From: Vicugna vicugna
Taxonomy: Eukaryota
Direction: 5' to 3'
NCBI GenBank assembly: GCA_013265495.1
Contig: MU061441.1
Location: 2,064,321-2,128,320 of the forward strand
Length of the DNA stretch: 64,000 nucleotides
Positions within the stretch are counted from its first letter, which is position 1. Each line of letters opens with the position of its first letter. This document shows positions 11,991 through 23,240 of the stretch, in pieces. The translations under genes were made by a program, and so were the position numbers. The notes beneath the pieces are model-generated. The model worked only from the letters and a program-made list of their open reading frames with translations. It was not told where the DNA came from and searched no databases.

Positions 11991-13752
11991 GTTACACTGT
12001 AAATATTATAGGTAGCTGCTGCTTTTAATTTTTATGCATTTGGATTTGGAGTTGGGAATACAGTTGATTTCTTTGTGTTTAATAAATCACACTTGCATCC
12101 ATAGAGACATGGGTTTATTTGGAGTTTATTTGTTCAGTAGTAATTAATTATATCAACAAATCTATTGCATTGTCTCCTTCCTGCTCCTTGGGGAAAATTA
12201 TTCAGCGGTAAACAAGAATACTTGAAATCAATACTGCTTTCTAGTTCTAAAAGAAAATGTACGTTTTTAAAACTGAGTAAGAATAGGTCTCTTTTTTTAC
12301 ACACACACACAGGACATTCTTCTTGATAATTCTTAACACTTAATTCTGTTTTGATTTCTTGCCTCAGTAGCATTTCCACGTGTTCTACATGTGGAATATG
12401 GCTTTGTTAAAAAGGCTTCATTTCTACTAACTAACATGTTCCAGAATTTTTTTTTTTTATTATTACAAAACAAGCTGGAATAAACCCAGAGCATTTACCA
12501 AGAAACACTCCTTGGTCATCTTTTTCCCTGAGGAGGGTAGACATGGATTACAGCACTAAAAACAGGAAATACTTTGAAAATTGCTGAAAATCAGTGTGGG
12601 AAAATAATCACAGAAAATATTATTCTTTTAAAAATGTTTCTGAAGAGCATGCTTTAGGGGAAAAAATGATAAAAATATTATTCTTCCTTTGGAAGGATAA
12701 ACTTACCCTAATAAATGCAAAGTCTTTTTTTTCCCCCTTGTGGTATAAGGAAAGATCAGTTATAAACTGATACACCTGGTGGTTAAAGACAGGTTTTCCT
12801 ATGAGACCTGTGCCACAGTAAGTATTATAATGCACGGATATCTGATGTCGCCACTGCTCACCTCTGCGAACGCTTCTCTCCTCCTGCATCTGGGAAGCTC
12901 TAGCCTGCGCTTGCCCGAGCAGCAAATATTTCTCTTGCTTCTTTCGCATTTTCCCAAGCAACTGCTCTCATCTAGATGCACGAACAAGTTTCCTTTTTCC
13001 CAAAATTAGAATTTGCAATGTTCAAAGATTTGTATAACAAGGTTCTGCAGAGTTTGAGAAAAGCCGGGACTAGTTTCTTGGAGAATCATCATAAACAGCA
13101 TTTTTCTAATCTCCAGCCTTCACCTAATAGCTTCGCCGATTCAGACAGATCCATTTAGCGGTTCTGGGCTGCACCTGCGGTCTGTGCCGTGTGTCTGGTG
13201 GGTCACAATGTAGCTTACTGTGTCCTCCTCTCCTTCCTGCCAACAGTAATGTTGTCTATCATATGTTTGACGCTAGGCATATATTTAAAACAAGAGGAAA
13301 TGCATACAAACAGGTATATGGCCATTACAATGAGCTTACGTTGAGATCATGTCTGGCCATCTCCAGAACTAGTGAACCCCCTCCTACGGAATATAGTAAA
13401 CATTTAAAGCTCTTTGGAAAGATGTGAGAATGACTTGAATAGACTGCCCCTCAAGGCAAATGAGTTTTCAGTTTCAAGTCCGTGAGGCACCTCTGATGGA
13501 CATATGATTATCCTGACCCTGCAGATTGCTGTACTAACCATTCTACTAGAAGTGTGTCACTCAAGTGCTTTAGTTTTAGTAAGCATATATATTTGTGGAG
13601 AAACAGTAACTAGTAGGAAGAAAACCTATTAAGATAAGGCTTCTAAATTTTCTTGTAAAATCTACTCAATGCTCAGCAGAGGTCAGTAATGAAGCATGGC
13701 AGAAAAAGAGAAAGAAATTAAAACATAAATATGAAGAATTTGGGAACATATT

Positions 13753-13924
13753 AAAGTTTTTACCTAAGATTCTTGCAACTAAGCTAAAGATAGATCTTGG
13801 TTTAAAATTATTCTCAAAATCTTGGTGTATATATATTTAAAGTTTTTACCTAAGATTCTTGCAATTAAGCTAAAGATAGATCTCGGTTTAAAATTATTCT
13901 CAAAATCTTGGTGTATATATATTT
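13753..13924. repeat. Head-to-tail tandem duplication, 2 x 86 bp
   Basis: Unit aaagtttttacctaagattcttgcaa...gtgtatatatattt starts at 13753 and 13839. Two differences (gcaact/gcaatt; tcttgg/tctcgg). Confidence 0.95.
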
Positions 13925-13974
13925 GAAATATTGTACGTACCTTTGTTTTGTTTTATTTTTGTTTTTTGGGGGGG

Positions 13975-14250
13975 AGGTCATCTTTATGGAAGCATCATTT
14001 ACATTCAGTAAAATGCACCCCCTTTAAGGGAATGATTCGGTGGTTTTGACGAATGCATATACCCATGAAATTACCATGCAGTCAAGATACAGAACATTTT
14101 CATCACCCCTAGAAGTTCACTTGGGCCCCTCCTCATTTATTCCTGACACCCCCCCTCCCCAGCCCAGGCAACCACTGACCTGCTTGCCAGCACTGCTGAC
14201 CAGATTCCTTCTTTCTAGAGTTCATGTAGATGCGATTGTATTTTACCTCC
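13975..14250 (-). mobile_element. Old L1 (L1MB/L1ME) 3' end
   Basis: agtaaaatgcacccc..., caagatacagaacattttcatcacccctagaag, ggcaaccactgacctgctt. Confidence 0.75.
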
Positions 14251-16689
14251 AATTTTGTATCTTAAGTAATATTATAAATGTGATAGGAACCCCATCCATT
14301 AAATTATGGCAAAAATCCTACATGAAAGGCATGATGAGTTTTTGATAGGAATGATTTCCTCTGAATTCTAACTTTAGGATTCTATTAAAAATTTTTTAAA
14401 CTAAATATTCTATCTTGCTAAAATAGTTCTCTAACCCAAAAGCAGTATTTTTCTTTTCCATAAGTAAAATGATTTTGTAAAAGTTCCATTAATATTTTAA
14501 TAGGTTTGATGTTTTCCTTCTCATTTTCTGTTTCTGATGAAGAAATCACATGGTTACTTTAGCATCCAAGTTGGTGCTTATTTTTGAAGCGAACAGTCAT
14601 GGCTGTTTACAGAGCAGGTGTGGATTAGAGATAAACAGAGTATTTTGGAAGGATTCCCAGCTACAGTACATGAAAAACATTTTTAAACAAGCCCTGACAT
14701 CTCTTAAGAGATGTTGCTTAAAAGTGAAGAAACATATCCTAGCAACGGGTCAGGTACATGATTACATGGCCTGTCCTCGAAGTGAACGACTTTGATGAAG
14801 AGGTAGGATTTAAAAATTTGTGTGTCTCAACCTACGCACATATTTCCTCTCTACATATTCCAGCTTTAATAAATCTGGAATATTGGCTGTTACCTGTTTC
14901 AGGAGTGTTTAGACAATTGAATCTTGAGAAGGAACGACAATGTGTGTCTCACGTTGGATGTAATTGTAGACTCATTCTAAATTTCTTTCTCAGCAAAGTT
15001 GTGTATCTTTTACCTCCAATCGCTTTGGCTCACCTTAATAAATGATTACAGAAAAAATATAAAAAGTGTGCATCTGAACTATTAGATCTTGCATTGTTTT
15101 GTCACCATTTGCCAAAGACTGTCATTCAGGGTACAGGATGGAGGGTCAGTGGCCTCCCTAAGCTCAGAACTATGAGTGACAACACAGTTCTAAAAAGTAA
15201 TCAGCAAACGTGTCTGATTAACAGACCCCAGAGAAGAGTGTTTTCATGTGCTCATCAGAAGAACCCAGCTGAATCCTCTGGCCCCTCACTGCATATCAAA
15301 GCCTCCTTCAGTTAAACGACAGTTCTCAAAGCTAATCTGAAAATTCCAGCTTCCAAGAAAATGACCATTCCCAACATGGAATGTCAGAAATGCTGACACT
15401 GAGAAAAACAATGAAAACAGAAACGAAGGTTGAAATAGACCACTGAGACCCTGGATGACAGAAACGTCCAGTAAAATGTAGGCAGTAGAAGGTGGCAGTC
15501 TGTGGGTAAGGCTCAACAGAAAAAGACCAGTGCTCAGTTCAGAGCATACGTCCTGATCGCAGTTTGCAAGTGAACACTCAGGAGGGAGCCCATTGCCCGG
15601 AGAGAGGGCTGGTGACCTGGGAAGGGCAGAAGGGTGATTTCCACGGCCACCGGTCACAACGGGCTGCCCCCGGCACAGCGGCTGAATCCAGGTGCACTGA
15701 TTGTGACCCGGAAAGATTCGGGTAGAAACACAGCCCTAAGTGGCAGCAACAGCCATGAGGCAGTTAGTGGTCACACTAACTCCAGAACTCTGGAAATCTG
15801 GAAGGGTTTTGTTGTCATTTTTAGCCAGGACCCCAACCAGACAATGAATGTTCCCACTAACAGTAGCTTGAAATGACTATTATTTTCAAAGTATTTAGAA
15901 AATTAGCAAGGAGAATGTCACCACGGAAGAGGACTCTAGACTCAGGTCAAAGGGCACCCACTACAGACCAAATAAACAGACAAGGCTACTCCTGGGATAA
16001 TAAATAACAATGAAATCAATCAGTAAAGAGCTCCCTGAAGGTTACTGTTGAGCATTTGCAGGTATAAAGGCCAAAACTTACTACAAATAGCAGTAAAGGT
16101 ACGTGGAGAGAGGGTATAGCTTTGTGTCCAAGATAGTGTTTCATAATTATTTTTTCATTACATAAGTTATCTTTATGCACAGGTTTTTTTTGTTGTTTTG
16201 TTTTGTTTTGTTTCCCTTTAAAATATTCCAAGTGAAAGCACTGGTCTGAAGAACTCTTTTCTTGGAGAAGGGGCATGCAAGTTCCAGGCCTATGGTCCAG
16301 GTCACTGAGAAGTGGGTCAGTCCTCCGTGGGCTGTGCTGCATGGAACCCGGTGGGGAGGTGACCCAAGTAGTAGGTTCAAGGGGAAGAATTTCAAACAAA
16401 AATCAAGTGGACCATCCAGCCAATTAATTAGTTGTAGAGAGTGAGGTGGAGAGGATCCAGGTGTAAAGCAAAGGGACAGAATCCTAAGAAAATGAATGAA
16501 AGCAAGTGGATTCTGAGCAGTGGCTGGCTAGGGGTGCCTGAGGATGCCCTGAGCTGCAGAGACGGGCTGCAGCCTTGTTGTAGAGGACCGTGGACTCCAG
16601 GCACTGGTGGTGGTCTCAGGAGAGGTGCTGACGACCTGGACAGCATGGAGCATTTCAGTGATCTCTTGCTGGCAACTGACCCCAAGAAG

Positions 16690-17060
16690 GCAACAGTGAT
16701 CGATTATTTCTCATGACTCTGCTGGTTTGCAGTGTGAGTGGTTCTTTTGATGGTGGATGGCTCTGCAAGGGGCCTCGTACGTCTGGCGGTTGGTGCTGGT
16801 TGTTGACTAGGGCAACTTAACTCTCCTCCATGTGGCTTCTCATCCTCCGAGAGGCTATACCCCACTTCTGCCGAATGCACTGGCTTCAGGCTTCCAAGGG
16901 AGCAAGAACAGTATTTAGAAAGTCTCTTAAGAACGAGGCTTTGTAATGAATAGGATGTAACTTACCTTGTGCTTTATTGGGCAAAGACACGTACAAAGTC
17001 AGTCCAGATTCAAGGAGGGCAAGAAATAGGTTTTCTCTTTTGATGGAAGGAGTGTGGACA
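16690..17060 (-). mobile_element. MLT1 MaLR LTR
   Basis: ctcctccatgtggcttctcatcctcc; aaagtcagtccagattcaaggagggc...ctcttttgatggaaggag. Confidence 0.7.
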
Positions 17061-19599
17061 TTTAATACAGCAAGTTTTTGCTTAATATAACTTACTTCTT
17101 TGGGGAATATACATTATGCTACACAGATAATCCTGATTCTTTCTTCCTATTTTCTTGATATTCTATTGCCCTTTCAAAACTTGCTTTAATAAGCATTTAT
17201 GATGTCCCTATTATATTCTAGCATTGAGCTAGATTTTGGGGATCTGATGGTGTCTAAAGCTAGCCACTGTCTTCAAGGAATTCTCTCTTTCTTACCTATA
17301 ATATCAGAAGAACAGGCCCTGGGCGGCATAGGAAAGGGAAGAAAGACGACAGCTCAGAGCATCAGAGAGGGGTGGCAGGAGAGCCAGTGACACAGGAAGG
17401 TGGGCTGGAAGGGAAGTAGGATTACGTTCTCAGATTTCCCCCAAAACTACCTGTAAAGGAGAATCTCATTCTTCCAGACTTAAACTTAATTTTTCTTTTT
17501 CTCAGGAATAATCTGACTTCGAAGAAAGAAAAAGTCAATGCTGGGAGTTCTTGGTTCTAGAGCGAAGTCGTTTTAATGTCCTGGAATACCTCCTTGAGAA
17601 AAATAGTGGCCAGTGAGGTCCCAGAACAGGGGTCACCCATGCCACCTGCCAAACTCCATGTTAGTGCCGAGCCCTGCACCCAAGTAACTGTGCCCCAAGC
17701 CTTTGCGGCTGGAGCAACCTGATACCTACGTGGAGCGTGGCGGCTCCTGAGCGTGGTGGGGGAGGAGCCTCCTGCACCGGCGTGTCTCATTGGTGCAAAT
17801 GTGCCATCTGTCACTTGTTTGGCTCACAGCTACCCTCCAAGTAGGCCAGCATGTGAGGAAGTACAGAAAACAGAGCCGGCTCTGTTCACCTCTTTGTTAA
17901 GCAGAGATGGCTGGCACGGTGCCCCCCACTCCACTCTAAACCACCAGGGCTTCACACAAGCAAAGTCTCAAAGTCTCTCAAATCTCATGCCTTCTGTTGT
18001 GTATCGAGGTCTTGAGAAAGTGGGCTATCAGCCGGCACAGTGGAGATTCAAGTGGGTTTATTGCTTTTTAAAAATAAGGTTAAAACTCTGATTATAATCA
18101 TTTAAATAACCTTCTGTCTCCATAACACTCAGCTGTGGAAGGAGCAAAGTTTGGTGGACTTCCTTTGTGAACATTTGCAATATTTTCCTGAGGCCGATGG
18201 AGAATAAATAGCTTCATGACAGGTGCTCAGATCATGCATTTAACTGAATTATATCAGAAAAGACCTGGTGTATTTCGTGATCCACACGTGCACTCATGTA
18301 CCCTGCTCTGAGGTCAGGATGGTCCTAAATGAATGTTCATCTCCTGTGAAACTGAGTGCATTTTCTGCAGCCTTTCAGAACATCTGCCAGTGCTACCCAA
18401 ACAAATCCTGGAGTAATTAGGCGGTTCTAATGTAAATGTTTAATAGAGGCATGGGATTCTCCTCTGATTACTTTGCTGCTGCAGAGAAACAGGACCTAAT
18501 TTGACATTAAGCCTGTAATTAGTGAATAGCGCTCTTCTGCTAGGGCAAACTAAATCCCTTGCATTTTGATAATGACTTGTATTCAGAATGGAAATCAAAC
18601 TAAGCTGAAAAATCATAACTCTACCTTAAGGTAGCTCACTAAGTCCATCTCACATAGACTATTTACAAGAAGTGAATCTCAGTCACTGTGTGCTGGAGTT
18701 GACTTTGCTGGGGGAGCTGCAATTTAATTTTTTCGGTTTACGCTGCGCCCAAATGGCCCACTCCTTCCAGCTTATAAACTTATTTATATTTGTTGGTTGA
18801 TTTATTTAAATGACATTATGGGGAACGTGAGTGTGTGCTACACAATCTAGGTATTTTATTTATTTGAGAGCGATGGTATAAATCATACAGACAGGCACTG
18901 ATGCTCATCGTCATTTGAGCGTCTCTGTACAGAACAAAAAGACCCATCATGTTTTATTTTTGAAGTAGAAGAAGCAGGTTGGCCAGATAAGTGTCTCCAA
19001 GTCCCTGGTCATTTATTCCTAAGTGTCACTACAAGGGCTTTTGTGGATGACCAGGGAGGCTCTCTTCTCATGTATCTGGGCTGCAGGCAGAGGGCTGAGC
19101 AGGAGCTGCTGTCCCGTCCTGTCCTGTCCTGCAGTTACTGGTAATGACAGAACTGGAATAGCGCCTTGAGAAGGTGGGCAAGATCTCTGCAGAGAAGAGA
19201 TGGAGGAACCGAGAGATCAGGGTGCTGTAGACCACAATGCATTTCAGGGTTTCAGGAGTTGCCCCTTCATCCCTGCTGATGGGGACACAGGGTCTGAGGG
19301 AGGAGACCTCTGTTCCACTTGTAATTCCTATTGATGGAGGAAGAGGCGTGTGTTCTGTCTTGGTCCTTAAGGACAGAAGAGGAACTTCAGGGGAAGCCTG
19401 ATGTGCTCCACGTGACCAAGACTTTCTACCCTCAGTGGTAGGAATAGGGGGCTTCTGTGAGTGAGGCCTCATCCTAGTGCTCTGAGTCATTTAAGACTGG
19501 GATACTGAGCTCTACTTAAGCCAAAATTGCCCAGAATTTGAGTTATTCTTCAAATTCACAGGGACATACAATATTTAAGCTACTAGGAATCTAAGAAAA

Positions 19600-19730
19600 C
19601 TTCAAGTTCAATCCCTTAGTTCCCCAAGAGAGAAAACTGAGGCTGAGAAGGATTAAATGCCTCGGCTAAGTTCCTTCTAATGATAGGAAAGGTTATAACT
19701 CAGCCATCCTGACTTCTAGCCCAGGATGTC
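19600..19730 (-). mobile_element. MIR SINE
   Basis: gagaaaactgaggctgagaaggattaaatgcctcggctaagtt...cctgacttctagcccagg. Confidence 0.6.
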
Positions 19731-20477
19731 CAGGTTCCAACTACCACATGTTGGCTTTTAGAAGTTCATATTTTTAATGTAAAAAATTCCAATCAGTAAG
19801 TACACAGACTCTTTATCACCCAAAGAGTTTTCTTTTAAAACTTGTGTTTTGATAACAGGCATAAAGAGTTGGCTTATATTTCAAGCATTTTTCAGAAAAT
19901 ATGAAAAATCTTTTCATGGATGTCATGAGCATGTGTTCAGGAGGATGTTCTTCTAGGACACAAAGGCTGGGGATAGAGTGTGAAGTTGAGGTTTCCATGG
20001 AGACTGTGCCTTAAGAAGATCTTTTAAATCCTGAGGGTAAAGTAACCCCTGTCTTTCAATATCCCTGGAGGTACGAAACATACCAGGCCGGCTGGCAGGA
20101 TTCCTGCATCGTACAGCTGTGTCTCTTTATAACTCTCTTTTGAGGAGCTGTTTCCTGGGTGACTTGGGGCTCTGTGTCACCTAGTGAGAACCACAGTATA
20201 TTACTTCCCTTTGGAGACATCTGGATAGTTATATTGTTGGAATTCTCTATATATTGTATCTTTCATACACAAAAATCCCATCTTTTCATTGTTAGAATAC
20301 TTTCTTTGAAGATACTGTGGGGTAAAGACAGATACAACATATCCAAGAATACAAGGATTACAAAACATCAGGTGGAAAATTTTATGTGTGATACCTTGTA
20401 ACTACAGTTGCCCTATGGACAATGAGGTTGATGGCGGTGCCTATACAGGGTACAGTCAAAAACCTGCTTATAATTTA

Positions 20478-20655
20478 TAGTCAACCCTCCAAATTCAGTT
20501 TTTGTGTACCCACAGTCCCTCCACATCCTCAGTTCATGATCTTCTCTGACTCAACCAACCGTGGATCATGTGTATTGTAGTATTTACTATTTTAAAAAAA
20601 TCTTCTTATGAATAGACTCACACAGTTCAAATGCATATTGTTCAAGGGTCAACTG
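20478..20655. mobile_element. TcMar-Tigger MITE (Tigger2/MER2-group), ~178 bp
   Basis: Terminal inverted repeats TAGTCAACCCT / AGGGTCAACTG flanked by TA on both sides. Internal ctcaaccaaccgtggatc. Confidence 0.8.
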
Positions 20656-20659
20656 TAAT

Positions 20660-21245
20660 AGCTTTATTGACAATACATATGTCAGAAGATTCATCCATTT
20701 AAAGTATAAAATTCTTGGCTTTTAGTATATATAATATTTAGTATAATACTTAGTATATTAAAGAGTTGTGCAATGATCACCACTACTTTATATTAGAACA
20801 CTTGAATCGTACCCAAAAGAAACCTCATACACATTAGCATGCCCTCTCCATGTCCCCTCTTCCCAGCTGATGGCAACTGTGAAACTTTTTTCCCTGTAGA
20901 TTTTCCTATTCTGAGCATTTTATATGAATGCAGTTANNNNNNNNNNNNNNNNNNNNNNNNNNNNNNNNNNNNNNNNNNNNNNNNNNNNNNNNNNNNNNNN
21001 NNNNNNNNNNNNNNNNNNNNNNNNNNNNNNNNNNNNNNNNNNNNNNNNNNNNNNNNNNNNNNNNNNNNNNNNNNNNNNNNNNNNNNNNNNNNNNNNNNNN
21101 NNNNNNNNNNNNNNNNNNNNNNNNNNNNNNNNNNNNNNNNNNNNNNNNNNNNNNTGAATATCTGTTCTTTAATTCTTTTGGTGAGTATATGCAGAAGCAG
21201 AATTGCTAGAACATTCAGTATTTTTATATAATTTCCTAAAGAACC
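20660..21245 (-). mobile_element. L1MB-type 3' region, contains N-run 20937-21154
   Basis: gctttattgacaata...aaagagttgtgcaatgatcaccac...cccaaaagaaacctcatacacattagc...gaattgctag. Confidence 0.8.
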
Positions 21246-21254
21246 CTAAACTGT

Positions 21255-21548
21255 GTGTGCTTGGGAGTCCTGAGCTGACACAAAGGAGGTCCAGCTACTT
21301 TGAAGCTACCATGCATGAAGGACCATGTGAAGATACTATAGAGATGGAGATGTTCAAGAAGTCCCAACTCCTCCAGCCCAGCTGTTTGAGTGATTCCAGT
21401 CGAAATTTCAGACATGTGAGGAATGAGCTTTCAGATAATTCCAGCTTTTAGTCTTTGGACCTCTTCACCTGACACTGCTCCTGTCAAGTCACGTCCAAAC
21501 TGCATATTAATGAAGAAAATAAATGTTCTTGTTTTTTAAGCCATTAAA
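21255..21548 (+). mobile_element. MLT1 (E/F/G-like) MaLR LTR, 3' part
   Basis: ctgagctgacacaaaggaggtccagctactttgaagctaccatgc; aaataaatgttcttgttttttaagcca. Confidence 0.8.
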
Positions 21549-22869
21549 AAGGAGGGAGGTTTTTCATGCAGAAATAGATAACTAGAATAAATGCTATAAT
21601 CTCTAAACCAGCAGGGCCTAGAGTCTCTGGGATAGAAGGCAAACATTTTGTGAACGGGTGATTAGATGTACTCATGAATGGTACAACTTCCGCTTCCACC
21701 CCTTGGATCCTGGACCTGGGCGTTCTAGCTGTGGAAGAAAGAATACCATACAACACTTGGTAGTTCAGATAATTCCCTGTTTCCTGTAAGAGAGAACAAA
21801 ATATTTACAGATATAGCTTTCACTGTAACTGAGGACTGACTGGGTCATCCCAGTGCTCTATAAAGCCAGCTACTTCTGGATGGCGGGGTTTATGTGAATT
21901 CCACAAGCATTAACCCACACCATGTCTTTCGCTGTAAAGGGAAGTCCTTAGTCATAAGCAATGCTGTAGGCAGCACTGTCATTTTGCACAAGATGTTTAT
22001 TTCTTTTGTAGAGGGTGGTGCTGGCGCTGCTGTGAGAGGCGTGCAGATCAAATCCAAATCCAGAATGAGTGTCTATTCCATCAATTACCAATGACTGCGC
22101 CTTTCATGGTGGAAGAGGTCCAACAAAAAGGATCGGCAAATAGCTGCTTAGTCATCTTGAAGCAAGGGACCTTATCAAAACTCAAAGTTAGTCACTACTT
22201 CTGGCAAATTGTATACTTGGCAGAGGCTCTGGCCGGACAAGCAAGTTGTTGATCCGTTTGGAACTTCCATTCCTGTGCTCTTGGCCCCTTCTCTCACGAT
22301 TCTGTTGAATAAGTAGGTAAAAGGGAGTATGCTGAAGAGGAGGCTGCGAGAGAGGATAATTTGTCTGCCTGACTGTCTGCAGTAGTGACCTTCTGGCAGG
22401 CATGCACATGAGGCACACGTATTCTCACACTCTCACGCCCTACGCCCCTGTGGGAGGTCAGTCACATATCCCTTCCCCACACCCATCACTCCTCCATTCT
22501 TGCTCTTCCCAACTATTCCACCATCTGGCCACTGCTCAAGAGTTATTGTGGCTCCTCGATGATTCATCTCTTTTTCTAGAAAAAGTGAACATTGAGATAT
22601 ACTGCTCAAAGTTCTGCCCCATGAAAATGTTTCACTTCTTCATTGTCCTCCATCCGAGTTCACTGACTGGGCTGTGTCATTACACAGTCTATTCCAATCT
22701 GTAGAATATGGTGCAGAGCCAGCCATCCAAAAATCAGGCTCACGTTTTTTCCTTCTTCATGGAATGTTTGTAGAGAATTCCTGCTGCGGATGTAAGAGTG
22801 GGTTGAGGTAAGGATGGAAGTAGGAATTGCATAAGTATGTGAGAGCGAGCTCTTTCTGTGCACTCGACT

Positions 22870-23240
22870 GATCTATCACTTTGGGTGACTCAACCTGATG
22901 AAAAAATAACCACAAATTTCAGGGGTTTAGTGTCATAAAAATTTAGTTGTCAGTCACGTAACAGTCTAGGATGACTGCTTTGGGTTGGTGAGTGGCTTTC
23001 CTCCATGCAGAATTTTAACGGGTCCAGGCTCCTTCCGATCACAGAGCCCACCACCCCACAAAGCTGTGTAGTCCTTTGCTTCCAGCCAGTGAAAAGGGAA
23101 AGTGAAGAAAGCATGTTTGCTTTTTAAAATTCCTTGGCTCAGAAGAGACACACATCATTTTCATTCATATTCCACTGGTGAGAACCAATAGCTTGTTACA
23201 CCTTGGTGCAAGTGTGGGAGGAGAAAGCTAGACTGCTGCT
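22870..23240 (-). mobile_element. MLT1 (K/L-like) MaLR LTR
   Basis: aataaccacaaatttcaggggtttag; ggctcagaagagacacacatcattttcattcatattccactggtgagaacc. Confidence 0.7.
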
